Source: an uncultured Candidatus Binatia bacterium (GTDB lineage Bacteria; Desulfobacterota; Binatia; UBA9968; JAJDTQ01). From it: a stretch of DNA of 64,000 nucleotides. Below are positions 27,611 through 37,116 of the stretch, in pieces (position 1 is the first letter of the stretch; every line of letters starts with the position of its first letter). The stretch covers positions 1,472,001 to 1,536,000 of the forward strand of contig OZ251459.1 of the NCBI GenBank assembly GCA_965242525.1, read 5' to 3'. Both the position numbers and the translations under genes were made by a program. The notes under the pieces were generated by a model, which saw only the letters and a program-made list of their open reading frames with translations, searched no databases and was not told the origin of the DNA.

Positions 27611-29176
27611 TCACCCTGCGCCGCGCAGGGTCTGCCGGTCCACTACCCCCGGACCCACGCCCTCTTCCCGAAGGAGGTTCTTCTGCACCTTCGAGCTCGG
27701 GGTCTTGGGAAGCTCCGGCCGGTAGTCGAGGTAGCGAGGGACCTTGAACGGCGCCAAGTGCTCGGCGCAGAACTCCCACAGTTCCTTCGGCGGCAAGTCC
27801 TCCCGGGAACCGCCGGAGTCGAGCACGATGCACGCCTTGACTTCCTCCTGCCGAATGGCGTCGGGCACCGCCACCGCCGCGGACTCGGCGATGAGCGGGT
27901 GCGAGTTCAGCACCCGCTCCACCTCCGCGGACGCGATGTTCTCGCCGCTCCGCTTGATCACGTCCTTCTTGCGGTCCACGAAATAGAGGAAGCTGTCCTC
28001 GTCCACGTAGCCGAGGTCGCCGGTGTAGAGCCAGCCGTCCCGGAGGGCGGCCGCGGTGGCGTCGGGGTTCTTGTAATAGCCCATCATCACCGCGGGGCTT
28101 CGCTTGACGATCTCACCGGTCTGTCCGGGCGGACAGACCTCCCCTTCGTCGTTGCAGATACGCACCTGGTGCACTTCGGGGGCGATGGCCACGCCGCAAC
28201 TGCCGAGCTTCCGTGCCGACGGCTCCAGCGGACCGAGGACGCTCAGCAGGTCCTCGGTGAGGCTGTAGGACGGGACCGCGGTGACGCCGAAACGCCGCTC
28301 GAACTCCAGGTGCACGTCCGGCGGCAACAGCGCCACCGCCTGCCGCAACGGCGTGTCCGCGTCCGCGGGGTCCGCAGGCAGGTTCAACAGGATGCGGGGG
28401 ATCGTCTGCATGATGCTCGAGGTCGTGATTCCGTGCTTCCTTACGTCGTCCCGGAAACGGGAAGCGCTGAACCGTTCCCCGAGCACCGCCGCGCCGCCCA
28501 CCGACATCATCGCAATGGTCATGTGGCAAAGCGCGTTCACGTGGAACAGGGGCATCACCACCAGCACCCGGTCTTCCTCGGTCCATCCCAGGGCGCGCGC
28601 CCGGCAGCTCGGGGCGAAAGCGAAGGCGTAGTGCCTGAGCATCACGCCCTTGGGCCGGTCGGTGGTGCCGGAGGTGTAGATGATGGACGCCAGGTCGTCG
28701 GGGGACGAGTCCGCGAGATCCTCCCCGCCGCCCGCCTGCCCGACGAAGTCCTCCCACCCCAGAGCGCCGTTGCCGGAACCCAGGGTGACCACGTGCTCCA
28801 GCTCGGGGCAGTCGCCGCGGACGCCGTCCACGAGCGGCAGGAAGGCGTCGGTGGTCACCAGGCAGCGGGCCTCGGAGTGGGCCAGGAGGTATTGCAGCTC
28901 CCCGGCCGTCTGCGCGGTGTTGAGAGGGACGAACACCCCTCCGACGCGCCCCAGGGCGAAGACCGTCCAGAGGTACTCCGGGCAGTTGGGCAGCAGCAAC
29001 GCCGCCTTCTCGCCCCTCCGCAGGGGGAGGGCCCCGAAGGCCCGGGCCGCCCGATCCACTTCCCGGGCGAACTCGGCGTAGCTCCAGCGCCGGCCGTCAT
29101 GGACCAGGCAGGGAGCGTCGGGCCGCTTCTCCACCCGGTCCCGCAACAGTTCTTGCAGGGTCGCGTACGCGGTCAT
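27611..29176 (-). CDS. AMP-dependent acyl-CoA ligase (CaiC-like)
   Basis: IIYTSGTTDRPKG, YSLTE, GWLYTGDLG, DRKKDVIKRSGEN and PKTPSSK motifs. Confidence 0.9.
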   Translation of the reverse strand: MTAYATLQELLRDRVEKRPDAPCLVHDGRRWSYAEFAREVDRAARAFGALPLRRGEKAALLLPNCPEYLWTVFALGRVGGVFVPLNTAQTAGELQYLLAHSEARCLVTTDAFLPLVDGVRGDCPELEHVVTLGSGNGALGWEDFVGQAGGGEDLADSSPDDLASIIYTSGTTDRPKGVMLRHYAFAFAPSCRARALGWTEEDRVLVVMPLFHVNALCHMTIAMMSVGGAAVLGERFSASRFRDDVRKHGITTSSIMQTIPRILLNLPADPADADTPLRQAVALLPPDVHLEFERRFGVTAVPSYSLTEDLLSVLGPLEPSARKLGSCGVAIAPEVHQVRICNDEGEVCPPGQTGEIVKRSPAVMMGYYKNPDATAAALRDGWLYTGDLGYVDEDSFLYFVDRKKDVIKRSGENIASAEVERVLNSHPLIAESAAVAVPDAIRQEEVKACIVLDSGGSREDLPPKELWEFCAEHLAPFKVPRYLDYRPELPKTPSSKVQKNLLREEGVGPGVVDRQTLRGAG

Positions 29177-29261
29177 GGACGAGCCTGACCATAGACCAGG
29201 GCCGCTGCCGTTGCAACGTTGCAATCGTCCCGGGGAATCCGGGGACGAAGGCCGTTCTCGG

Positions 29262-30149
29262 TCAGGACTCCGCAGGGACCACCGTGACCTCGTCCGCGAT
29301 CTCGAAGCGCATCAGGTCCTCGCCCATGACCAGCTCGCCCGAGTAGCCTGCCCTGGCGCGTTCGAGGACCTCCCGGCGCTCGACGCCGTACGTCACCACG
29401 TGGGTGAAGGCGGCGACCTTGGGGTTGACCTGGGAGAAGACCGAGGCGGCTTCCTCCGGAGAGGTGTGGTGGCCGATGACGTGGGCCAGCCGCTCGGAGC
29501 GTTGCAGGTCCTCGGCCGGGGCCGCGGCGACCTCGTGCACCAGCAGGTCCACGCCGCGGGAGAACTCGATGAGGTTCTCGCTGTAGCGCGTGTCGCCGGA
29601 GAGGACCGCGGACCGGCCCTTGTAGTCGATGCGGTAGCCGAAGGCGGGCTTGACCGGAGCGTGGTCCACGTCGAAGACGGTGACCCTCAACCCGTCCTCT
29701 TCGTAAACGAAACCCTGCTCCACGTCCTCGGCGACCACCTCGACGCCGCCGGGGTCGAGCCGCTCGTCCACGTCCCGGCGCAGATGGATGTCGTACTCGA
29801 AGGCTTCCGCCAGCCTGGACATCATCCGGGAGGCGCCTTCCGGCCCCCACACGCGCAGGGGCCGGTGGCCCCGGCCGAAGATCCACGGGGTCAGCCAGAA
29901 GTCGGGGATGCCGACGATATGGTCGGAGTGGAGGTGGGTGAGGAACAGGTAGCGGAGCTCGCCCATGGGAACCCCGGCCTCCTCCAGGCGTTGCAGCGTG
30001 CAGCGGCCGCAGTCGAAGACGAGGTACTTCCCCGCGGCCTCCACCAGAGCCGCCGGTCCCGTGCGCCCCGGCTGGGGCTTGGGCCGTCCCGTTCCCAGGA
30101 GCGTCACCCGGAGCGCGTCCGTTCCTTCCTGCGCGCGCTCTCCGTTCAC
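29262..30149 (-). CDS. MBL-fold metallohydrolase (RNase Z / arylsulfatase AtsA-like)
   Basis: LLGTG, THLHSDH, SGDT, LVHE and HHTSP motifs; GTG overlaps the ligB stop. Confidence 0.88.
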   Translation of the reverse strand: MNGERAQEGTDALRVTLLGTGRPKPQPGRTGPAALVEAAGKYLVFDCGRCTLQRLEEAGVPMGELRYLFLTHLHSDHIVGIPDFWLTPWIFGRGHRPLRVWGPEGASRMMSRLAEAFEYDIHLRRDVDERLDPGGVEVVAEDVEQGFVYEEDGLRVTVFDVDHAPVKPAFGYRIDYKGRSAVLSGDTRYSENLIEFSRGVDLLVHEVAAAPAEDLQRSERLAHVIGHHTSPEEAASVFSQVNPKVAAFTHVVTYGVERREVLERARAGYSGELVMGEDLMRFEIADEVTVVPAES

Positions 30150-30994
30150 GGCTCCGCGGCGTCCTCCAGCAGCAACAGCCCCATGCCCGTCAGCATGGGC
30201 GCGTAGTAGTTCCGGTGCACGAGCTTCACCCGGGGCGACAGGGCGCCGCGCATGCCCAGCCACATGATCATCTCCACCGCCTCGGCGCCTCCCTGCCGCA
30301 TGTACTCGTGGTGCGACAGGGCCGCCAACTCCTCGGGCCGGGCCACGATGCGCTCCATGAACGACCGGTCCCACTCCTCGTTGCGGAACCCGAAACGCTC
30401 CCCGTGGAGCTGGTGCGACAACCCGCCGGTGCCGAGGACGGCCACGCGCACGTCCTCGGGATAGCTCTCCACCGCCTGGCGCAGGGCCTTGCCCAGCTTC
30501 CACAGGCGGCGCGCGGTGGGGAGCGGGTGCTGCACCACGTTGACCACCACCGGAACCACCTTGATGTCCCATTGGGGCAGGTGGTCCCAGAGCAGCGGCA
30601 GCGGCGTCAGCAGCCCGTGGTCCACCGCCAGCTCCTGGCACACGGTCATGTCGAACTCGCTCTCCCGGATCAGCGACTCGGCCACGTGCCAAGAGAACTC
30701 CGGGTCGCCGGGAACCGGCGCCAGCGGACGCGGGCCCCAGCCCTCGTCCCCCGGCGGATAGCTGTCGGCCACGCCCAGGGCGAAGGTCGGGTACTTGTCG
30801 AAGAAGAAGTCCGTGCCGTGGTCGTTGTAGATGAAGACGGCCACGTCGATGCGCGCCTCCCGGAGCCATTCCATGGCCGGCCGGTAGCCGTCGAACAGCG
30901 GCTTCCACTCCGGGGCGTCCTGCTTGCCCTGGTCGAAGGCCGCGCCCACGGAGGGCACGTGCGAGGACCCGATGCCGGCGATGATCCGTCCCAT
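30146..30994 (-). CDS. ligB: Protocatechuate 4,5-dioxygenase beta subunit
   Basis: SSHVP, YNDH, YPTFALGVA, VDHG, GTGGLSHQL.GER.G and E.IMWL.MRGAL motifs. Confidence 0.9.
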   Translation of the reverse strand: MGRIIAGIGSSHVPSVGAAFDQGKQDAPEWKPLFDGYRPAMEWLREARIDVAVFIYNDHGTDFFFDKYPTFALGVADSYPPGDEGWGPRPLAPVPGDPEFSWHVAESLIRESEFDMTVCQELAVDHGLLTPLPLLWDHLPQWDIKVVPVVVNVVQHPLPTARRLWKLGKALRQAVESYPEDVRVAVLGTGGLSHQLHGERFGFRNEEWDRSFMERIVARPEELAALSHHEYMRQGGAEAVEMIMWLGMRGALSPRVKLVHRNYYAPMLTGMGLLLLEDAAEP

Positions 30995-30995
30995 G

Positions 30996-31358
30996 CTACC
31001 GCGCCCCCCGGACCTTGCGGGTGCTCAGGAACTCGTCCAGGGTCTGTCCGCGGAACGCCGCGCCGATGTGCTGCAGGCTGTCCCCCGTCACCGAGCCCAT
31101 CTTGTACATGACGAAGATGTTGGCCCCGCCGTCCCGGGCCAGGGCGAGCCAGTCCCTGTCCCGTATCCTCCCCTTCTCCCAGTCGGACAGGCCGAAGCGG
31201 TCCATCAACCCCTCCGGGTCCTCCCCGAAGGCGGCGCGGTTCTCCGCCCTGTTCAGGGAAAAGAAGAACTTGTTGAGACGGTAGCCCTTGCGCGACAGGG
31301 CTCCGTCGAACACGTAGGTGCCCTCGATCTCCTGCGGGGCCTGTCCTGACCGTTCCAT
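30996..31358 (-). CDS. ligA: Protocatechuate 4,5-dioxygenase alpha subunit
   Basis: IEGTYVFDG..SRKGYRLNKF..SL..AENRAAF, GANIF..K; directly upstream of ligB. Confidence 0.9.
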   Translation of the reverse strand: MERSGQAPQEIEGTYVFDGALSRKGYRLNKFFFSLNRAENRAAFGEDPEGLMDRFGLSDWEKGRIRDRDWLALARDGGANIFVMYKMGSVTGDSLQHIGAAFRGQTLDEFLSTRKVRGAR

Positions 31359-31386
31359 CCTCGCGTCCCTCCGGCAACCGGCTTTC

Positions 31387-31530
31387 GGAACCACTGAACG
31401 ACTTCCGGAACCACTGAACAGAACTACTGAACGACTATCCCCGTTCATCCTGAACGTAGCAAGTTCGTCCTGAACGTAGCAATTATCCCCGTTCGTCCTG
31501 AGCGTAGCGAAGCGAAGTCGAAGGACGCGC
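31387..31530 (-). repeat. MITE family A REP core (31487-31530) with adjacent stutter repeats of its own ends
   Basis: GGAACCACTGAAC twice and GTTCRTCCTGAACGTAGCAA twice precede a full core. Confidence 0.8.
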
Positions 31531-31629
31531 CCTTGCCTCCGTCCCGATGGTCCAGAGGTTCCTTTCGGCTTTCGCCCACCATAAGACGATTCGGAGGCGG
31601 CGTCAAACCTCGAACGGGCGAGGACCGGC

Positions 31630-31659
31630 TTGACACCCGACGGACGCCATTGGTATATT
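31630..31659 (+). promoter_or_regulatory. Sigma70-type promoter candidate for the ThDP enzyme-tct operon
   Basis: TTGACA-N18-TATATT with TG extension. Confidence 0.55.
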
Positions 31660-31722
31660 TTCCCTCGCCGCACAGTAGGCAAGCAACCCAGCAGGCAACC
31701 CACTCACACGGGAGACCTCCCC

Positions 31723-33480
31723 ATGCCGGAACCCTCTTTCCAGGACGTGGCCGTAACCAACGGGGCGGAAGCCTTCCTGGCCCAGATCAACGCCAACCCG
31801 GACGTGGACTACATCTTCGCCAACACCGGCACCGACCACGGTCCGATCCTGGAAGCCCTGGCCAAGATGCGCCGCAGCGAGTCCAGGGGCGCCGAGATCG
31901 TGGTGGCGCCCCACGAGCAGGCCGCGGTTTCCATGGCCCACGGCTACTATTGCGTTTCGGGCAAGCCCCAGGTGGTGCTGGTGCACACCCTGCCCGGCAC
32001 CGCCAACGGGCTGGGAGGGCTCATCAACGCCAAGTCGTGCCAGGCGCCCATGCTGTTCGTGGCGGGGCGCACCCCGGTCACCGAGGGGGAAGTGGCGGGG
32101 GGCAAGAGCCAGCACATCCACTGGCGCCAGGAATCCCGGGACCAGGGCGGCATCGTGCGCGAGTTCGTCAAGTGGGACTACGAGAACCGCGCCAACGAGC
32201 AACTCGGCGCCATCATCCCCCGGGCCTTCAAGATCGCCATGGCCGAGCCCCGGGGTCCCGTATATCTGTCGCTGCCGCGGGAGTGGCTCTACGAGTCCAT
32301 GGAATCCACCCGCGTGTCCGCGGAAGCGTTCAAGCCCCCCGGCAAGCACCAGGCTCCCGAGGACGACCTGGAGCGGGCCGCGGAGCTGCTCATGGACGCC
32401 GCGGAGCCGGTCATCCTCACGCGCTACCTGGGGCGGAACCCCGAGGCGGTGTCGGCGCTGGTGGAGTTGGCCGAACTGCTGGCCATACCGGTGGTCCAGC
32501 ACTTCATGTCCCAGTACGTGAACTTTCCCGCGAGCCACCCGTGCCACGGCGGCCACGACGTGGACCCCCACCTGTCCCGGGCGGACTTGGTGTTCCTCGT
32601 GGACACCGACGTCCCGTGGACGCCGGCCACCCGGGAGCGGCTCCGGCCCGGGGCCTCGGTGCTGCAACTGGAGGCGGACCCGCTGTTCTCCTCCATCCCG
32701 GTGTGGAACTTCCCTGTGGACCACGCCATGACCGGGGTCTCCGACGTCACCCTCCCGGTGCTCAACCGCATCGTCCGGCGGAAGCTCGAAGGCGCCGGCG
32801 CGGGAACCCGGAAGGCGGTGGAGGAGCGGCGCGCCCGGGTCGAGGCCGCCCACCGGCAGCGGCGCGCGGAACTCGCGGCCCGCATCGATCGAGTGAAGGA
32901 CGAGCGGCCCATCCATCCATTGTGGGTCTCCCGCTGCATCGCCGAGGCCATGGACGAGAAGACCATCGTCATGGGGGAGGCGGTGACCTCGCCGGTGGAG
33001 GCCGTGCTCGGGCTGGAACGTCCCGGCTCCCACTTCGGCCAGGCGCCGGCCGGGCACCTGGGGTGGGGTCTGGGCGCGGCCATCGGGGCCAAGCTCGCAG
33101 CCCCGGACCACACGGTCATCGCCGCGGAGGGCGACGGCTGCTACATGTTCAGCGTCCCCACCGCATGCCACTTCACCGCGCAGAAGTACCGGGCCCCGTT
33201 CCTCACCGTGGTCTATAACAACGGGGCGTGGAACGCCTCCCTCAGCACGGTGCGGGAACTCTACCCGGACGGCGCGGCCCAGCAGACCGGGGTCTTTCCG
33301 GGCACGGACCTGACGCCCTCGCCCCGGTTCGAGCTGGTGGCCCAGTCCTGCGGCGCTTACGCGGAGCGCGTCGAAGACCCCGCGGAGCTGCCCGGCGCGC
33401 TCGGACGCGGCCTCAAGGCCGTCAGGGAGGAGGGACGGCAGGCCCTGTTGAACGTCATCTGCCGAAACCCCGCGGGCTGA
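31723..33480 (+). CDS. Thiamine diphosphate-binding enzyme (second paralogue)
   Basis: FANTGTDH, PHEQAAVSMAHGY, GPVYLSLPRE, LGWGLGAAIG and GDG..NN motifs. Confidence 0.88.
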   Translation: MPEPSFQDVAVTNGAEAFLAQINANPDVDYIFANTGTDHGPILEALAKMRRSESRGAEIVVAPHEQAAVSMAHGYYCVSGKPQVVLVHTLPGTANGLGGLINAKSCQAPMLFVAGRTPVTEGEVAGGKSQHIHWRQESRDQGGIVREFVKWDYENRANEQLGAIIPRAFKIAMAEPRGPVYLSLPREWLYESMESTRVSAEAFKPPGKHQAPEDDLERAAELLMDAAEPVILTRYLGRNPEAVSALVELAELLAIPVVQHFMSQYVNFPASHPCHGGHDVDPHLSRADLVFLVDTDVPWTPATRERLRPGASVLQLEADPLFSSIPVWNFPVDHAMTGVSDVTLPVLNRIVRRKLEGAGAGTRKAVEERRARVEAAHRQRRAELAARIDRVKDERPIHPLWVSRCIAEAMDEKTIVMGEAVTSPVEAVLGLERPGSHFGQAPAGHLGWGLGAAIGAKLAAPDHTVIAAEGDGCYMFSVPTACHFTAQKYRAPFLTVVYNNGAWNASLSTVRELYPDGAAQQTGVFPGTDLTPSPRFELVAQSCGAYAERVEDPAELPGALGRGLKAVREEGRQALLNVICRNPAG

Positions 33481-33546
33481 CACGGGTCCACGCTTCCGGC
33501 CGACCACGGCCGCTACCCTAGGGAAACACTACCGCAAGGAGGGAAC

Positions 33547-34509
33547 ATGCGTTTGACGAGGATTCTGACCATTGCCCTGGCGTCGGGCGTCCTGGCGCTG
33601 GCCAACGCCCCCGAAACGCCCGCCGCCTACCCGGACGGACCCATCACCATCATCGTGCCCTTCGGGGCCGGCGGAGCCTATGGCCGTCTGGGACGGAAGA
33701 TGGGCGCGGACCTGGAGAAGAAGCTCGGCGTGCCCGTGGTGGTCAAGAACAACCCGGGCGCCGGTGGACGCAAGGGCGCCGTGGTCCTGTTCAAGTCCAA
33801 GCCCGACGGCTACACCATCGGCTTCGTCCACTTCGTCTCCTTCCAGTCCAACGAGATCCTGCGCGGCAAGAAGGCGTCCATCGACTACAACCGCTTCAAG
33901 GTCATCCTGAAGATCTCGGACGCCAAGCAGTTCGTGTTCGTGAACAAGGAGTCGCCCATCCGGAGCTTGGCGGACTTCGAGAAGGCCGGCCGCGCCATCA
34001 AGTTCGCCACCACCGGAGTCGGCGCGGTCACCTGGATCGAGGCCAACGCCCTGGGCGCCACCCTGGGGTTCCCGGTGAAGTTCGTCACCGGCTACAAGAA
34101 CCTGCCCAAGGCCGCCCTCGCCGTTGCCCGGGGTGACGCCGAAGCGGGCGCCGGCGGGTACGTGCACGTCCGCAACGTGCTGGACGACTTGCGCATGCTG
34201 GCCTTCATCTCCGACAAGAAGGACCCCAACCTGCCGGACGTCCCCACCACGACCGAACTGGGGTATCCGCAACTGTCGGTCCTGGGGGTCCCGCGCATCA
34301 TGGCCGCGCCGCCGGGCACGCCCGACGACAGGCTGCAAGTCCTGCGCAAGGCCATGCAGGAGATCATGGCGGACGCCGCTTTCAGGGAGTGGGCCTCGAA
34401 GGGAGGGTTCTTCCTCGACCCGGATGGCCCCGACGCCACCTGGAAGGTGCTGGAGGCCAACGCCGGGATCATGCGCGACATCAAGCCTCTGCTGACCGGC
34501 AAGAAATAG
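33547..34509 (+). CDS. tctC: Tripartite tricarboxylate transporter substrate-binding protein
   Basis: Signal peptide, YPDGPITIIVPFGAGG, NNPGAGG, PDGYTI and LPDVPT motifs. Confidence 0.9.
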   Translation: MRLTRILTIALASGVLALANAPETPAAYPDGPITIIVPFGAGGAYGRLGRKMGADLEKKLGVPVVVKNNPGAGGRKGAVVLFKSKPDGYTIGFVHFVSFQSNEILRGKKASIDYNRFKVILKISDAKQFVFVNKESPIRSLADFEKAGRAIKFATTGVGAVTWIEANALGATLGFPVKFVTGYKNLPKAALAVARGDAEAGAGGYVHVRNVLDDLRMLAFISDKKDPNLPDVPTTTELGYPQLSVLGVPRIMAAPPGTPDDRLQVLRKAMQEIMADAAFREWASKGGFFLDPDGPDATWKVLEANAGIMRDIKPLLTGKK

Positions 34510-34540
34510 CCCGCGCACGGGCAAGCGTCCCGACCATGCG

Positions 34541-36058
34541 ATGCAGACGGCGCTCGCAGAAGCCGCCCTGAGGGTGACCGACCCGGCCGCCCTGTTCATG
34601 CTGCTCACGGGGACGGCGCTGGGCGTCGTCTTCGGGGCGCTTCCCGGGCTCGGCACCATCACCGCCCTGGCGGTGGTGCTCCCGTTCACCTTCGGCATGG
34701 ACCCCATGCTGGCCATGTTCCTGTACTCGGGCATCATCAGCAGCGGCACGTTCGGCGGGTCCGTGCCCGCCATCCTCCTCAACACCCCCGGCACCCCGCC
34801 CAACGCCGCCACCTGCCTCGACGGCTACCCCATGACCCGCAGGGGCGAGGGCGCCCGGGCCCTGGCCGTGTCCGCAACGGCCTGTTTCGTGGGCTCCCTG
34901 GGCGGCGCCGCGGTCCTCCTGGCCCTGCTCCCCGCGGTCAAGCCGGTGGTGTACGCGTTCGGTCCGCCGGAGTTCTTCTGGCTCGTGGTGTTCGGGCTCG
35001 TGACCATCGCGTTCGCGGCCAAGGGCAACATGGTCAAGGGGCTCGTGGGAGGCGGCCTCGGGATCCTCCTGTCCCTCATCGGGTACACCGAGATGTACGG
35101 CGTTTACCGCTACACCATGGACAGCGAATACCTTTGGGACGGCCTTCCCATGGTCCCCTTCGTCGTGGGGATGCTGGCCGTGAGCGAACTCGTCAGTTAC
35201 TCGGCGAGCGGCGGGATGACGGCGAGCGCGGCGGCCGGCGCCACCGGCGCCGACTGGCGGCGCCAGACGCTCCAGGGGATCCGCGACACCCTCTCCAGGC
35301 CCCTGGCCGCGGCCCGGGCCACGGCCATCGGCGCAGGCATCGGCGTGATCCCGGGAGTGGGAGCCGGGGTCGCCTCGTTCCTCTCCTACGTGGTGGCCAT
35401 CCAGGGCTCGGACGAGCCCGAGACCTTCGGGTCGGGGAACCTCGAAGGGATCATCGCCAGCGAGACCGCCAACGACGCCAAGGACGGGGGTTCGCTCCTG
35501 CCCACGGTGGCCTTCGGCATCCCGGGCAGCGCGGACATGGCCCTGCTCCTCGGAGCCTTCGTCCTCCACGGGTTGCAGCCGGGGCCGCTCCTGCTCCGGG
35601 ACCACATGGACCTGGTCTATGCGCTGCTCCTGGGGATCGTCATCAGCCAGGTGCTCACCAGCGGCCTGGGACTGCTGGCGGTCCCCTGGCTGGCGCGGCT
35701 CAGCACGCTGCCTTCGCGGACCATCGCGCCGTTCGTCCTCGTGCTGGTGTTCGTCGGGATGTACATGCTGCGGAGCAGCATATTCGACGTGGGCCTGGCC
35801 GTGGCGGCCGGCGTCTTCGGCTACTGCATGCGCCGGTTCGGTTTCCCGCTCATCACCGTGGTCATCGGTTTCATCCTCGGACCCCTGGCCGAACAGGCGT
35901 TCCTGCAATCGCTGATGATCTCCGACGGGAGCTACGACATCTTCTACGGCCAGCCCATCGTGGTGGTGCTCATGGTCCTGACCCTCGTCACCGTGACCTT
36001 GCCCGTCGTCAAGTCGCTGCGCCGAAAGGCCGCGGAGAAGGGGGCCGGAGGCCCATGA
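34541..36058 (+). CDS. tctA: Tripartite tricarboxylate transporter permease
   Basis: GALPGLG, AILLNTPGTP, DGYPM, ETANDA and GIPGS motifs. Confidence 0.92.
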   Translation: MQTALAEAALRVTDPAALFMLLTGTALGVVFGALPGLGTITALAVVLPFTFGMDPMLAMFLYSGIISSGTFGGSVPAILLNTPGTPPNAATCLDGYPMTRRGEGARALAVSATACFVGSLGGAAVLLALLPAVKPVVYAFGPPEFFWLVVFGLVTIAFAAKGNMVKGLVGGGLGILLSLIGYTEMYGVYRYTMDSEYLWDGLPMVPFVVGMLAVSELVSYSASGGMTASAAAGATGADWRRQTLQGIRDTLSRPLAAARATAIGAGIGVIPGVGAGVASFLSYVVAIQGSDEPETFGSGNLEGIIASETANDAKDGGSLLPTVAFGIPGSADMALLLGAFVLHGLQPGPLLLRDHMDLVYALLLGIVISQVLTSGLGLLAVPWLARLSTLPSRTIAPFVLVLVFVGMYMLRSSIFDVGLAVAAGVFGYCMRRFGFPLITVVIGFILGPLAEQAFLQSLMISDGSYDIFYGQPIVVVLMVLTLVTVTLPVVKSLRRKAAEKGAGGP

Positions 36059-36119
36059 GGGGCTCCCTGCCCACCGGACGCTCGCGCCGCCCGCGGCCAC
36101 CTGGAGGAGCCGGAGGCCC

Positions 36120-36644
36120 ATGAAGGGTTCCCTGGCCTTCACCGCGTCGGTGGGCGGGTTCATCGCCCTCCTGCTGTGGGTCGGACTCGGCTATCCTCCG
36201 GAAGTCCAGGTGCTGCCGCTGGTGGTGGGCCTCCCCACCCTCGCGTTGACCCTCGTGCTGCTGGCGGGGGAGTTCCATCCCCCCGTCATGCAACGGCTCG
36301 ACTCCGCACTCGACGACCTCTGGGGCGGCCGCCGGGAGACGCCCGACCAAGCCGCGGATCCGTCCCCGGTCGCGTGGCTCCCGGTCGTGCGCATGATGGG
36401 CTGGGCCGTGGGCTTCTTCGCGGCCGTCTTCCTGCTGGGCATGTTCGTGGTCCCGCCCCTGTTCATCCTGGCGTACCTCGTCACCGAAGCCCGCATGCGT
36501 CCTGCCGGCGCGCTCCTCGCAAGCCTCGCGGCCTCCACCTGCCTCTACGCCGGCATGGCGCTCCTGGGCGTGGACCTTTGGCCCGGCAGCGTCACAGAGG
36601 TGGCGCCCGGGATCCTCGGGGGCGGCATCGTCCCGCCTCTTTGA
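36120..36644 (+). CDS. tctB: Tripartite tricarboxylate transporter small membrane subunit (TctB family)
   Basis: 174 aa, 4-5 hydrophobic segments, position after tctA. Confidence 0.7.
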   Translation: MKGSLAFTASVGGFIALLLWVGLGYPPEVQVLPLVVGLPTLALTLVLLAGEFHPPVMQRLDSALDDLWGGRRETPDQAADPSPVAWLPVVRMMGWAVGFFAAVFLLGMFVVPPLFILAYLVTEARMRPAGALLASLAASTCLYAGMALLGVDLWPGSVTEVAPGILGGGIVPPL

Positions 36645-36767
36645 GCCGGCCGATTGCGGAACCTCCGGGTTCGCGTTTACAATGGTCTTGCGGCGGTGGG
36701 GGACCGAGGCTTCCGGCCCTTCGCCGACCCGCGCGGCCGTCCGATACCAGTCCGTCAGGAGGGAACC

Positions 36768-37085
36768 ATGGTCTGCAGGATCTTCTGGGGCAAGCTTCGA
36801 CTCGGGAAATGGGCGGAGTACGAGCAGTATTACAACGATGTGGTGGTTCCGGCCACCGCGAACATGCCGGGGTTCCGCGGCCGCCAACTGCTCCAGAGCT
36901 CGGAAAACCCGGACGAAGGGGTCTCCCTCACCTTCTGGGAGACCAAACAGGACATGGAGCAGTACGTGGCCAGCCAGGCCCGGGCCAACATGGTCAAGGG
37001 CGCGGAGAACCTGTACACGGGCGAGTACTGGGTCAAGGACTTCGAGGTGAAGTCCCTGTCCCTGTTGTCCCTGGGGAGCGTGTGA
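36768..37085 (+). CDS. Antibiotic biosynthesis monooxygenase (ABM) family protein
   Basis: AGGAGG RBS; PGFRG..LL..SLTFWET dimeric alpha-beta barrel pattern, 105 aa. Confidence 0.8.
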   Translation: MVCRIFWGKLRLGKWAEYEQYYNDVVVPATANMPGFRGRQLLQSSENPDEGVSLTFWETKQDMEQYVASQARANMVKGAENLYTGEYWVKDFEVKSLSLLSLGSV

Positions 37086-37116
37086 CCCGCGCCGGCGCCC
37101 TCCCGGGGTCCGGTCC

